From positions 32,001-96,000 of the IMG/VR virus record IMGVR_UViG_3300026549_000895: a DNA stretch of 64,000 nt, one strand, 5' to 3'. Positions within the stretch are counted from its first letter, which is position 1; the number at the start of each line of letters is the position of its first letter. The notes below the pieces were generated by a model. It ran no database searches and was not told the origin of the DNA. It saw only the letters and a list, made by a program, of their open reading frames with translations. This DNA comes from a virus (taxonomy: Duplodnaviria > Caudoviricetes). Positions 19,650 to 29,924 of this stretch are shown here, piece by piece. Both the position numbers and the translations under genes were made by a program.

Positions 19650-20250
19650 AAGCCCGAAGGCGGAAGTTTTTATATTTGGCTCCGCCTGAAATTATCTGCG
19701 AATAGTATTTCTATTTATAGCAGTTTGACAAAATAGATGTCGATACTGATAAGCGACAAATTATTCAAATATAGATACTTCCTTGAGAAGTATCTATATT
19801 TAGTAGCCTGAATAGTAGAAGACCGAGTTGGTTATTGAAAAAGAAAAGTTGGAAAAATTATCTTCAATTTTGCAGATGATTTCAATGTTTATTTGAACGA
19901 AGGAAATCATACGAACGAAGTGAGTATGATGACTGAGTGAAAATTGGAACATTGAAATCTATCACTCTCCGCAGGAGAGTTACTTGAAGCTGCAAAATTG
20001 AGAACAAATTCTTTCAAATTAGAAAAAGAAAAATAATTAATAGTCTTGTGAAATCATATATTTTTATTCAAATTTTTGAATAATTGTGCGTTTTTACATA
20101 ACTACATAGTAATTTATTTTCTATTATATTTTATTATATGATATAATATATAATAAGATAATAAGCAAATATTATTTAACAATATATTCTTGTAGTTATT
20201 ACATCACCTTTTATATACCCCCGCGAGAATTTTCATATCTCGCGGAAAAG
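19650..20250. other. non-coding region with nested inverted repeats; candidate replication origin
   Basis: No ORF; inverted repeats at 19767-19801, 19864/20001, 19878/19959, 19906-19930 (CGAACGAAGTGAG loop), 19965-19979 (GCA triloop), then a very AT-rich tract. Confidence 0.4.
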
Positions 20251-20257
20251 AAAAAAG

Positions 20258-20286
20258 AATATCCCCCGGTTTAACCGGGGGATATT
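20258..20286 (-). terminator. intrinsic terminator
   Basis: AATATCCCCCGG-TTTAA-CCGGGGGATATT followed by U-run on minus strand. Confidence 0.75.
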
Positions 20287-20291
20287 AAAAC

Positions 20292-21059
20292 TTAATTGAT
20301 TACCAAATCAATCTGCTTCACCATCATTGCGAGACGCATTGCCGATCCCTTCAAGTGCTGAATATTTTCTTTATCTTCTTCATTGAGATCTGACATTGCT
20401 CCAATATTTACAAAGTTCCGGCTATTATTAATTTGAAGCATACAAGTGTCTTTGAGGCTCATAAGCTGTTCATTGTTAAAGGTATTCAGAGTATACTCAT
20501 CTACTACATCTACCAAATGATCCATGATTGTTGTGGTTCCTTTAATAATATCTGAAAAGGACATATCATCCTTTTCGTTATTGACTTTTGATATCTCGGT
20601 AGTTATATCAATATATTTATTTAGACGAGATTCTGTATTATTAAATTCCTCAAGACATTTTCTGACCTCAATGGGAATATTGTTAATTTCAACGAATTCC
20701 TCATACTTCATTTGTTGAACAGCTTTTTCGTTTACATATGTGAATGAACTTTTAAGAAATGATATCATTTCTATTTTGAATATGTTCCAAACCTCGGAAC
20801 TGTGATCGTACATCTCAGGCTTTGAGGAAGTGAAGAATTCATTCACGAACTCACTGAATGAATTTAAGACTGCCTTCGTTTCCTCAATGAAAGCTTTTGA
20901 TAAAGAAACGAATTCGTCGGGAGAAAGATGTTCATCAATTGAAATACATCTTCCCTTTTCTATTGTTTCATACTCAGCACCAAGTATGAATTTTCCGTAT
21001 TTTTCAGTAATGCGGAAATGATCTTTTTTGAGATTTGAAATGATGATGTTATTATTCAT
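20292..21059 (-). CDS. hypothetical helical protein
   Basis: 255 aa; GAAAGGA SD; own promoter motif. Confidence 0.7.
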   Translation of the reverse strand: MNNNIIISNLKKDHFRITEKYGKFILGAEYETIEKGRCISIDEHLSPDEFVSLSKAFIEETKAVLNSFSEFVNEFFTSSKPEMYDHSSEVWNIFKIEMISFLKSSFTYVNEKAVQQMKYEEFVEINNIPIEVRKCLEEFNNTESRLNKYIDITTEISKVNNEKDDMSFSDIIKGTTTIMDHLVDVVDEYTLNTFNNEQLMSLKDTCMLQINNSRNFVNIGAMSDLNEEDKENIQHLKGSAMRLAMMVKQIDLVIN

Positions 21060-21110
21060 AATAATTTCCTTTCTGATATCACTTATAGGCAGATATCATT
21101 TCCTTATTTT

Positions 21111-21132
21111 ATCATATTAAAGATATACATAT
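21111..21132 (-). promoter_or_regulatory. candidate early phage promoter
   Basis: ATGTATATCTTTAATATGAT on minus strand; core identical to the copy at 57582. Confidence 0.5.
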
Positions 21133-21195
21133 GAAATGATGAAATAATATTTTGAACTCGGAAATAATGTCTCAATATTGAAATGAGGTGATTAT

Positions 21196-21540
21196 ATGGA
21201 AATAACCGATGAGACAATCATTCAGCATATTGGAGAACTTATGACAAAGCTTCGGAAGGATAAAGAACTTCAGACTCTTGCAAGAGAAAATGGAATTGAT
21301 GTTCAAAACACCATGGACCTCACTGAAGATACAATTGAAATTTATGTGATCAGTGTTGTGTCACTGCTGTTGGCAAAACGTTCCGGCGATCCTAATTACA
21401 AAACAATGTGTTCTCTTGGACTCCAGAAACGATCTTTGAAAGCTGAACTTATTAACACTTACAAAGATCAGGCAATGCAGTTGATCAATGCTTGGAAAAT
21501 GAAATATCTAAGCAATCAACCAACAACAACTTTAGCTTGA
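21196..21540 (+). CDS. small hypothetical (probably virion) protein
   Basis: GAGGTG SD; 114 aa; first gene of the head-protein-like cluster. Confidence 0.65.
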   Translation: MEITDETIIQHIGELMTKLRKDKELQTLARENGIDVQNTMDLTEDTIEIYVISVVSLLLAKRSGDPNYKTMCSLGLQKRSLKAELINTYKDQAMQLINAWKMKYLSNQPTTTLA

Positions 21541-21678
21541 TAATATTTATAATTATACTATTATAAATATTACATAATTACCATTCATTAATTTACCGAC
21601 TTTATGAGTTACATCAGGGGGCTCTTGTAATAAGTGAATTCGAGTAAAAATATTATAACAAAGGAGCTAATGAAAAAT

Positions 21679-22707
21679 ATGGCTATGAAATACTCAGATC
21701 TCATGCTTGACTTCGAGACTGGCGACGCTTCATTTGAAGATATGTATGTCCAGGAAGCAGTCGGCAAGATAAATGTTGCATCTGCAATATTTGATAATGA
21801 ATATAGAATTGCTGAGACTCCCGAGGGTGTTAATGCATCTTATGTTCAGGAAGCTGCTGATGCAGGTCTTCCGGCTACTCAGGATTCTGCTAAGAGTGCA
21901 GCAACTCAGGCAGTAGGCCAGCAGCTTATTGCTACATATGACCTCGTTCTTTCTTCTGCAAGAAAGATCAAGGAATCTACAGGAAAGGCTCTTAAGAGCA
22001 TCTATACAATCGGCAAGTCTTATGGACTTTCTAAGGACAGCGAGGCTGCTGACTTCGCTAAGAAGCTTGCTCAGCTTATCGTTACTGATAACGGCTCTTC
22101 TAAGCTCGTTCAGGTTAAGCACCTTCCTGGTTCTAAGGTAGTTCAGATCAACGGCAAACACTTCCTCAAGGGCGGCAAGGCTTCATCTCTCGCAGAGAAG
22201 TTCGCTAAGGGTTACAATGCTGCATCTGCTGCATTCGGTCTCGACATCTCCAAGATCTATGACGATGCTTCTATTGTTTCATTCCTTGGTAAGAGTGCAA
22301 CAAGCGTTCCCAGTGGTGCTGGTACTCTCACTGATGTAGCTGACCTTCTTTCCACATTCGGAACAATGCTCAGCTCTGAGGCTAAGCTCAGTGGCGAAGG
22401 TTCTTTTACAGATACTCTTTCTACAAGAGATCTCGAGAACGTATTCCTCGCTGTATATTCAATCAATAAGATCGCAAGCGCAGTAGCTATCGAGCTCGGC
22501 AACTCTTCTAACAAGAGTGGTGCTAAGTCTGCTATCTCTGACGTAATCTCTAAGACAGATGCTGGAAGTAAGTCTGTTACTAAGGCATGCGCTAAGATTG
22601 GTCAGAACGCTAAGGCTTGGGCTGATTCTGCTGTTAAGTACGCAGATGCAGTATCTAAGGGATTCTGTGATTCTGTATATGCTATCTCTGGTAGCATCAA
22701 TCGATAA
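21679..22707 (+). CDS. putative abundant internal head protein with acidic propeptide
   Basis: AAGGAG SD (start 21670 or 21679); YVQE-A twice in an acidic N-terminus, then Ala/Lys/Ser-rich body; extreme AAG/CTC/GCT/TCT codon bias. Confidence 0.55.
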   Translation: MAMKYSDLMLDFETGDASFEDMYVQEAVGKINVASAIFDNEYRIAETPEGVNASYVQEAADAGLPATQDSAKSAATQAVGQQLIATYDLVLSSARKIKESTGKALKSIYTIGKSYGLSKDSEAADFAKKLAQLIVTDNGSSKLVQVKHLPGSKVVQINGKHFLKGGKASSLAEKFAKGYNAASAAFGLDISKIYDDASIVSFLGKSATSVPSGAGTLTDVADLLSTFGTMLSSEAKLSGEGSFTDTLSTRDLENVFLAVYSINKIASAVAIELGNSSNKSGAKSAISDVISKTDAGSKSVTKACAKIGQNAKAWADSAVKYADAVSKGFCDSVYAISGSINR

Positions 22708-22725
22708 GAAAGGAGATAATGTAAA

Positions 22726-23838
22726 ATGAGTTACACATACAACGATTTCGTTATGGAAGCTGCAATGGTTGAAGCAACCAATGATACAGAAGTATCAGAC
22801 ATTCAGATGGAACAGTGGAATGCGGAGTTCAATGTAGCATGTGCTGCATTTGATGCACTCAGAAAATATTCTCTGATCGCTGAGTATGCTCAGTGTGACG
22901 TTGAAGAGTTCGTTCAGGAATCTCTTGATGACAAGATCAACAAGGTTGATGACTGGAAGAACAGCGGTGGTAAGATGAAGAAGGTTCTTGGAACTATTGT
23001 TTCAGGTCTTCTCAAGGCTTTCCGTGCAGTAGCGAAATTCTTCAAGAACCTTTTCTCAAAGGAGAATAATCCTTTTGCAAAGGCTGCTCGTTTCATTAAG
23101 AAATATAAGGAAGGCAAACATGATCGTGAGATCAAGAAGGGTGTCCGCAAAATAGAGAAGGAAGCAACATCTAATAAGGGTCTTGCTAACACAGTTGCAG
23201 ACATGTCCGGTGAAATGGATGCAAAGGATAAGAAAATCGCATATCTCGAAAGAAAATGTGATAATCTTGTTAAGCAGGCTAAGCACTGGGCATCTGTTGC
23301 AAGAGGATACGCTACTGAGTATGATAAGCTCGTGACATATGTAGGTGAACTCAAGAATGCACTCAAGAAATCAAATTCTGAGAAGGATAGACTGCAGGGT
23401 GTAATCATCGAAAAGTGCAATATGATTGACCGTTGCTGTGAAAATATCTTTAAGCAGCAGGGTATGCATAATAAAGCACAGGGCAAGAAATACAGCGAGG
23501 AAGGCAGAGAAATACTCAGAGAGAATGAGTATAAAGATTTTGCTGATCAAATGCCTACTCTTGATACTGCTGAAAAAGCATATGAGAGTGCTGCTAACGA
23601 TACTGCCAAAGCAACTGCGTCCGCCGAAAAGGTTGTTTCTGTAATGGAAGATCTCCAGGAATCTATTGCAAATGGTGAGTTCGGAACTGAAGCAATGAAT
23701 GCTATCAAAAATACAGCAGGAAATCTCAACAAGGTTGTTCAGGATTCAAATAACTTTGGAAAGGCTGCACAGAAGCTTACTGTATCAGAAGCAGGTGCTG
23801 CAGCTAAGCAGGGTCTTCCTTCTGAATACTTTGTGTGA
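22726..23838 (+). CDS. putative internal head protein with propeptide
   Basis: FVME-A, MVE-A, FVQE-S in N-terminus, then amphipathic KKVLGTIVSGLLKAFRAVAKFFKNLF helix and coiled coil. Confidence 0.55.
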   Translation: MSYTYNDFVMEAAMVEATNDTEVSDIQMEQWNAEFNVACAAFDALRKYSLIAEYAQCDVEEFVQESLDDKINKVDDWKNSGGKMKKVLGTIVSGLLKAFRAVAKFFKNLFSKENNPFAKAARFIKKYKEGKHDREIKKGVRKIEKEATSNKGLANTVADMSGEMDAKDKKIAYLERKCDNLVKQAKHWASVARGYATEYDKLVTYVGELKNALKKSNSEKDRLQGVIIEKCNMIDRCCENIFKQQGMHNKAQGKKYSEEGREILRENEYKDFADQMPTLDTAEKAYESAANDTAKATASAEKVVSVMEDLQESIANGEFGTEAMNAIKNTAGNLNKVVQDSNNFGKAAQKLTVSEAGAAAKQGLPSEYFV

Positions 23839-23858
23839 GTCAACTTTGAAACAATAAA

Positions 23859-24143
23859 ATGCTGACGGCGGTTATCCTTTCTAAAGACGAAGCGTTTCCT
23901 GTTGCAAGAACATCGAAATGTGACGTTGTATCAAAAGGAACAATAAAGGATGGGGATACCATTGAAGTGGTATCACCCATCTTTTCATCAGTCAACTTCA
24001 AAGAGAAATCTTTGAAAACTTCTTCAACAATATCAGTTCCAGCTAAGATTGTTTCAAATAACGATGGTTATGTAAATGATCCAGAAGTAGGAAGATTGAT
24101 ATGTGAGGACTCCGACGTGGATAGTATGTTTGTTGAGTTATAA
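23859..24143 (+). CDS. hypothetical protein
   Basis: 94-aa ORF in operon context. Confidence 0.5.
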   Translation: MLTAVILSKDEAFPVARTSKCDVVSKGTIKDGDTIEVVSPIFSSVNFKEKSLKTSSTISVPAKIVSNNDGYVNDPEVGRLICEDSDVDSMFVEL

Positions 24144-24168
24144 TAAATGAAAAGGATGGTGATTATAA

Positions 24169-24579
24169 ATGGACTCAGAAACAAAAACTCTGTTACCCTC
24201 GTTGCTAAGTTATATAAATTCTGATCTGTTTTCTTTCTCATCCATTTCGACATCGATGGAATTCAACAAAGCTGATGATGTGGATCCAACACTGATTGAC
24301 AAATGGGCGGCTGTGATATCATATCTCCCATTAAAGTTTTATCAGGTAATTGAATCGTATCCAGATATGATTCAATGGGAAGAATTCGATAAAAAGTATT
24401 CAAGGAATCCAAAAATGTTTGCATACGAAAAGTATGGTTCAACAAACATGTGGGCTCCTATCATGATACTTAATCGATGTCCATCTATCATTGACTTTGA
24501 TTTCGAGTTCATAAGATGCTATAATATACAGACATTTTCGAAAGTCCTGTCGGTACTAATTTCGAGAGTTAGTGGGTGA
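24169..24579 (+). CDS. baseplate wedge protein, LysM/T4 gp53-like
   Basis: YSRNPKMFAYEKYGSTNMWAPIMILN fits the gp53/LysM pattern P..ls...YG....W..I...N. Confidence 0.55.
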   Translation: MDSETKTLLPSLLSYINSDLFSFSSISTSMEFNKADDVDPTLIDKWAAVISYLPLKFYQVIESYPDMIQWEEFDKKYSRNPKMFAYEKYGSTNMWAPIMILNRCPSIIDFDFEFIRCYNIQTFSKVLSVLISRVSG

Positions 24580-25952
24580 TAATCTTGACAGATACGGAAG
24601 AGATAAAAAATCATCCAAATAATCGGAATGATAATAACTTCAATGAGGGAAAGACTAATTTGAATATCCGCGATACTGCAATGACATATCAATACGGCGG
24701 TTACTCACCGGATACAATGGCACGACAAATGTCGTTGTCTATTGCATGCCAATCCGGAACAGATGTGGTTCACTCTGTTGGAAATGTTACAGCTATTCTG
24801 ATGCAATTCATATTGGATCAGTTTCCATCTGGCACGTTTAAAACGGCGATTCCGTCAACTAAACTTGCACACAGACAGTTGAAGCAAACTCCAAAACAGA
24901 TAAGGACACAACCATATCCAATGTGTATTGTCAATCCACGTGTTTCGTTAATAGCGAACGATGATCGTTTTGGTGCAAATACATTCGCCGCAACGACATA
25001 CTTTTCTGCTTCGGATCGATATCAGAATCGCTCCGAGATGGCTCTTCTATTAAAGGACCCTCGGATTGGTATTGAATGGAGAGGAAAAATCAATCGACTT
25101 GTGTTGAATTTGGACTTTGTACTGGCGTTCAAATCAATCGCTGAACAAACGCGTTGGGCTTCATATTTGGCAAACAAGATACCAGTTGAGAATGGTTTCT
25201 TACCGGATATTGAAACGGCGTTAGAGTTGGCATTACCGGATGGATTCTTACAGGCTACTTCGGAATACATTGGAATCCCCGTAAAGGATAAGAATGGTTC
25301 AGTAGTACCTTTCATTGATTATTTGAATATGCATTCTGTATATCCAATATCATACAGATTCTCATCTGGTAGGCACAAAGATGCTTTCTATGCAAACTAC
25401 TCAGCACCTCTCTTATGCAGTATTTCTGGTTTCAATTATACGAATACTACTCGGACCGGTCAGGTAGAATCCGATTGTCCTATTACGTTCACGCTGCGAT
25501 GTGAATACACAACAATTGGTTTGTTTGAGTTGGCTCATCCAAACCCGGGTATGATCAGGATTCTTCCTTCTGAAGAGAGTGGTGTTGTGATACCGATTTT
25601 CTCCGACAATTTCAATGAAAAGGACTTCCCTTTGGAGTACGGGTGGGTCATCCACGCCAGGCCAATTTGTCAGATGGATTGGGGAGAACATGAGGTATCA
25701 TTCGAACCTATTTTGGGAGATGGAATAAATAAAGTCCTTGATTTTCATTTAAAACATCACTTGAAACCCGAACTCTTCATATCTATAAAGCTCCGAGAAA
25801 ATCATATACTGATAGATGATGGATATTATATCGATTGGGAAAACAAGAAGATTGTATTCACAACTATCTCGTATACACATACATACAGGGTCATCATAGC
25901 AGTCAACAAACTGTATATTCAAGATAACCTGATAAGTATGTATGGAAAATAA
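24576..25952 (+). CDS. putative virion structural protein
   Basis: 458-aa ORF in structural operon; start uncertain. Confidence 0.5.
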   Translation: MIILTDTEEIKNHPNNRNDNNFNEGKTNLNIRDTAMTYQYGGYSPDTMARQMSLSIACQSGTDVVHSVGNVTAILMQFILDQFPSGTFKTAIPSTKLAHRQLKQTPKQIRTQPYPMCIVNPRVSLIANDDRFGANTFAATTYFSASDRYQNRSEMALLLKDPRIGIEWRGKINRLVLNLDFVLAFKSIAEQTRWASYLANKIPVENGFLPDIETALELALPDGFLQATSEYIGIPVKDKNGSVVPFIDYLNMHSVYPISYRFSSGRHKDAFYANYSAPLLCSISGFNYTNTTRTGQVESDCPITFTLRCEYTTIGLFELAHPNPGMIRILPSEESGVVIPIFSDNFNEKDFPLEYGWVIHARPICQMDWGEHEVSFEPILGDGINKVLDFHLKHHLKPELFISIKLRENHILIDDGYYIDWENKKIVFTTISYTHTYRVIIAVNKLYIQDNLISMYGK

Positions 25953-25979
25953 ATTCAATACTTGAAAGGAGTATTCATC

Positions 25980-26231
25980 ATGTTTGGAATGAACTTTGAC
26001 ATTGATGAGGTTGCTGTTCAGGAAGCTTCCTATGATGCAGCTTCATCCTCATACAAGGATCTCTTTGAGGATAAGTTCACATCTTTCAATCCTGAGAACA
26101 TCGTAAGCTCTGGCAACAACAAGCTCAGAACTGATATGTACGATATGGAAATCGAAGATTCTGATCTTGCAATCGGCTATAAGAACGATCCCCCTGCAAC
26201 TGACCCTAAGATCGGTCGTTGGATGGACTAA
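25980..26231 (+). CDS. small acidic putative head protein
   Basis: GAAAGGAG SD; AVQE-A motif; strong codon bias. Confidence 0.6.
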   Translation: MFGMNFDIDEVAVQEASYDAASSSYKDLFEDKFTSFNPENIVSSGNNKLRTDMYDMEIEDSDLAIGYKNDPPATDPKIGRWMD

Positions 26232-26241
26232 TCTGTTGAAT

Positions 26242-26264
26242 ACCACCCCGGTCTCCGGGGTGGT
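26242..26264 (+). terminator. intrinsic terminator
   Basis: ACCACCCCGG-TCT-CCGGGGTGGT then T-rich. Confidence 0.7.
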
Positions 26265-26294
26265 GTTTAATTTATTTAGAAAGGAATTTTTATT

Positions 26295-26822
26295 ATGGAA
26301 AAAGAAATTGGGATTTCATTTCCTGGTTCTTCTTTGAGTGATTCGGCTTTCTATAACGAACATTTAGAAAACTCTTCAAATGAGGGACAATTCACACAGG
26401 AAGGATACTTTATTGATAATATCATAGACACTTTTCCACAAGACTTCTTGATAGCAATGGGAGGACCTATTGGCGCCGCAATATCTATCGCATGTGGTAA
26501 TACGTTTGGTATTGATCATTTGGAAAAAGCCTTCAAATGTGCAAAAAATAAAGATGAAAAAGGCTTCAGAAAACAAATGCGCAGAGCTGCTCAATCTTTT
26601 AAGAGAGCTTCGATTACAAAAATTATAAATAAGGAAAAGGTTGCAAAAGTTCAAACTCTTGGATCATTCTGTGATATTATGGCAGATGGTGTATATAACG
26701 ATCTTCCGTATAAGAAAGACATTGAGGATTTGTTCGGCAAAATTCTCAAAGATGTTTGTAACATGGATGTTCCAAACAAAGAACAACAGCCGAATAGCGC
26801 TACTGATACCGATGTTGATTAA
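26295..26822 (+). CDS. putative internal head protein
   Basis: GAAAGGA SD; FTQE-G ends an acidic N-terminal segment. Confidence 0.5.
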   Translation: MEKEIGISFPGSSLSDSAFYNEHLENSSNEGQFTQEGYFIDNIIDTFPQDFLIAMGGPIGAAISIACGNTFGIDHLEKAFKCAKNKDEKGFRKQMRRAAQSFKRASITKIINKEKVAKVQTLGSFCDIMADGVYNDLPYKKDIEDLFGKILKDVCNMDVPNKEQQPNSATDTDVD

Positions 26823-26826
26823 AGAT

Positions 26827-26855
26827 AAGCCCCCTTATTAGGGGGCTTTCCTTTT
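26827..26855 (+). terminator. intrinsic terminator
   Basis: AAGCCCCC-TTATTA-GGGGGCTT-TCCTTTT. Confidence 0.75.
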
Positions 26856-26907
26856 GACGTTTTGATAATTTCTACTACTGTATTATTTAATAAGGAGGAT
26901 TATCGAA

Positions 26908-29898
26908 ATGGAATATATTTTCGAAGCTAAAATAAATACTGAAGATAGAAACAAATTACCAGATTCAGCATTTGGTATTCCATCAAAAAGGAAATATCCA
27001 TTGACTGATGAAAACCATGTTCTTCAAGCTGTTCGTTTCTTCAACAAAGCACCTGAAGAAGATAAATCCGAATTAGCACATAACATCGTAAAACGTGCTA
27101 AAGAACTTAATATGGATTGGGAAAAATGGGATGTCTTAAAACCATATCTTGATAAACCTATTGAGGAAGCATATACTAAGGATTTACATTCTACACCAGA
27201 AGCAGATAAGATATGTGCATACTTATGTAAGTCTGTGGAATACGATAATGCTTCGCCTAAAACATGGAGACTTAAATCTCCTGACGAACTTACAGATCAT
27301 AACAAGGGTAATTGTCATGATACCGCTTGGTATGTCTTCAATAACTTGGATGCTTATGCAAAGCACCCGGTTGACAAAGGTATTCTTTTCTTTATTGAAT
27401 ATAAAGAAGGAAAGACGGAAGGTGGTCAAACACATTCTGTTTGTTATGAAAAGATACCTGATGGAATCTGTATCATAGAATGCTCATGGCAAGGTATGCG
27501 TGGTACATTTCCATATAACGACATCAATGAATATATCTCTGTTGTTAAAAACAATTGGGAATTCACAGGTGATAATGATAAACTTTATGCAACTGAAATA
27601 AAGCATACATCTCAAATTCATCCCGGTATGACTCTGGGTGAATATGTATCCGTTGCAATGAAGAATAAAGAAATCATTACGGAATCATATGTACCACATC
27701 CTGATGATGACTACACATCAGGTACATCAGATTTCAATCACGATGACGATGATCCTGATGATTGTTACTGTGAATCTGACAAAGAACGTGTTAACGATAA
27801 AGGAGAAATAGTACCAGATAAATGTACTAAATGTGATTCTCCTATTGAAATATATCTTAAGGGTGAACCCGTTTATTTATGTTCTAATAAGAAATGTGGT
27901 AAGTACTATGGTACTGTTCCATGCAACATAAATGAATCGCATCAAATGTCAGAAACACAAGCGTTCTACAAACGTTGGTTTGATTCTAAAGCCAAAGAAG
28001 ATTTAGATAAAGCAAAGAATATTGCTAAACAGATACATGAAAAATATGAATCTGATAAGCAACCTCCATGCGGAAACCAAAATTGTATGCTGTGTACTAT
28101 GTGTGCCGAAGCACAATTTAGAGGAATTAATATTCTTCCACGACCAGTATATTCACCACGTGATCCGGTATTGAAAATACTTGGTGAATCGATCGTTAAG
28201 AATCCAATACATAAATCAATCAAATCAGGTTTCGATGATATGCTTGATTTAGCAACAGAACCCAGAGATGCCAGATGGTATTGTCATGTAAAATGGAAGA
28301 ATGGAAATGGTGGTCATGAATTTCTTCTTCTTAACATTAATCAGCATCTTTATGTTATGGATGCTCAACAAGGAATCGTTACTCTGAATATAGAATCAGA
28401 ATACTTCAAAGATGTTGATTATTCGGAATCATATATTTGTCGTCTTGATAACTGTGAATTGAATGAATCTTTATTGAATGAAATGAATGATCCAAAGAAC
28501 ACTCTACCTTGGAATGCTACATTGGATATTCCATTTATGCTCAAGGAAGGAATGTTAACAGAGGAAGAAGCTGAAGAGTATTGGCAGGAACATCCTGATG
28601 AAAGACCAGTTCAAGAATCTAAAATGATTCTGAATTCAAATGATTCAAGAATTCCCAAACTAATGTGTGAAGGATGGAAGATAGCTGGTACTACTATAAA
28701 CAATGAATATATTCTCATCCAAGAAGGCTATGATGATATATCGTTGCATGTATCATTGGTTCCTGCCACAATGTCAGATGTTCCCAATATGGAAGCTTGG
28801 GAATATGAATGTATGAAAGATGCATATCCTAACAGAGAAATACCTGAATCCGAAGTTGATAAACTGAAAGCCGAACTTCATCAGGATGCAATTGATTCAG
28901 TTCATAAAACAAGAATGATTCAATATGATGGTCAAACAATCGGTATGCTAACTGCATACAACGTTCTTGATGATCAATATTGGTACATTGCCGAAATATA
29001 TTTGATTGAAGAATACAGAGGTAAAGGTATTGCCAAATATATTCTCAAGAATGAGATTGATCAGCATGATAAGTTGATTCTGAATGTATATCAGAATAAT
29101 AAACACGCCATTGAGTTATATAAATCATTGGGATTTGAAATAACTCAGGATGGCGATGGTCGTTTTATAATGGAACTTGATAAAACGAAACATAAAACAA
29201 AATACCAACCTTCCAATGTATTCACTCTGGATGAATATAAAAGAGCTAACAAGTATCGTTCGGTAATAGTTGGAGAAATACATAATTCTTCAATGTTGAA
29301 ATACTATGATAAACTTCTATCGGAAAGAAAACCCGAATACTTCATATCCGAGTTTGCTCACGAAGATAGAGTGTTATCTTTACCTGAACTGAAACAGAAA
29401 CTTGATATGGCTACGAATGGTGAATTCAAACCCGGTATTCCTGATTATCAAGATAATTATGCAATTTACAAACTTGCATATGATCATGGTTGTAAATTGA
29501 TTGGTTGTGACTTGAATAATGGAAAGCATTATAATCGTATGCATGATGAAGATCATGAACGTGAAGCATATATGTTGAAGGTATTAGAAGAGTTTGAAAA
29601 TACCAACTTCGTTTGTCAACTCGGAGATCATCATCTTAGAAGTATTCCAATAACCAAGGAATTCCTTGATTATTGTGGTGATACAAAAGATGACAGAGGA
29701 ATTGTTTCCGATTTAACTGTTGACAATGCTTCTCCTATATGGGTATATTTTACTCATGAGCCAAAGGATGTTGCAATACTTCGTGAACCCAATGAATTGA
29801 AGAATGAATTGGATTTCATAAATCAACAAACAATTCAGGAAGAATATTGGCAGGACATCAAGAATGGAGTTAATCCGAAATCGAAAGATGATGAATGA
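26908..29898 (+). CDS. multidomain effector polyprotein: DUF6582-like, transglutaminase-like, Zn ribbon, papain-fold toxin/deamidase, GNAT acetyltransferase, TIKI/EreA-like
   Basis: LPDSAFGIP..RKYPL.DENHV; GNCHD/THSV/IECSW; CTKC..CSNKKC; NCMLC/GHEF/MDAQQG; YRGKGIAK..NKHAIELYKSLGF; IVGEIH..SEF..GCD..LGDHH. Confidence 0.7.
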   Translation: MEYIFEAKINTEDRNKLPDSAFGIPSKRKYPLTDENHVLQAVRFFNKAPEEDKSELAHNIVKRAKELNMDWEKWDVLKPYLDKPIEEAYTKDLHSTPEADKICAYLCKSVEYDNASPKTWRLKSPDELTDHNKGNCHDTAWYVFNNLDAYAKHPVDKGILFFIEYKEGKTEGGQTHSVCYEKIPDGICIIECSWQGMRGTFPYNDINEYISVVKNNWEFTGDNDKLYATEIKHTSQIHPGMTLGEYVSVAMKNKEIITESYVPHPDDDYTSGTSDFNHDDDDPDDCYCESDKERVNDKGEIVPDKCTKCDSPIEIYLKGEPVYLCSNKKCGKYYGTVPCNINESHQMSETQAFYKRWFDSKAKEDLDKAKNIAKQIHEKYESDKQPPCGNQNCMLCTMCAEAQFRGINILPRPVYSPRDPVLKILGESIVKNPIHKSIKSGFDDMLDLATEPRDARWYCHVKWKNGNGGHEFLLLNINQHLYVMDAQQGIVTLNIESEYFKDVDYSESYICRLDNCELNESLLNEMNDPKNTLPWNATLDIPFMLKEGMLTEEEAEEYWQEHPDERPVQESKMILNSNDSRIPKLMCEGWKIAGTTINNEYILIQEGYDDISLHVSLVPATMSDVPNMEAWEYECMKDAYPNREIPESEVDKLKAELHQDAIDSVHKTRMIQYDGQTIGMLTAYNVLDDQYWYIAEIYLIEEYRGKGIAKYILKNEIDQHDKLILNVYQNNKHAIELYKSLGFEITQDGDGRFIMELDKTKHKTKYQPSNVFTLDEYKRANKYRSVIVGEIHNSSMLKYYDKLLSERKPEYFISEFAHEDRVLSLPELKQKLDMATNGEFKPGIPDYQDNYAIYKLAYDHGCKLIGCDLNNGKHYNRMHDEDHEREAYMLKVLEEFENTNFVCQLGDHHLRSIPITKEFLDYCGDTKDDRGIVSDLTVDNASPIWVYFTHEPKDVAILREPNELKNELDFINQQTIQEEYWQDIKNGVNPKSKDDE

Positions 29899-29924
29899 CT
29901 ATTTTCCTATAATGCTTCCTTTTG

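Noticed and set aside
21730-23732. Antisense and overlapping ORFs in the track (e.g. 21730..22161, 22914..23486, also 1687..2118, 2485..3105)
   Set aside because: Shadow frames produced by strong codon bias of the real genes; no SD sites or plausible protein features.
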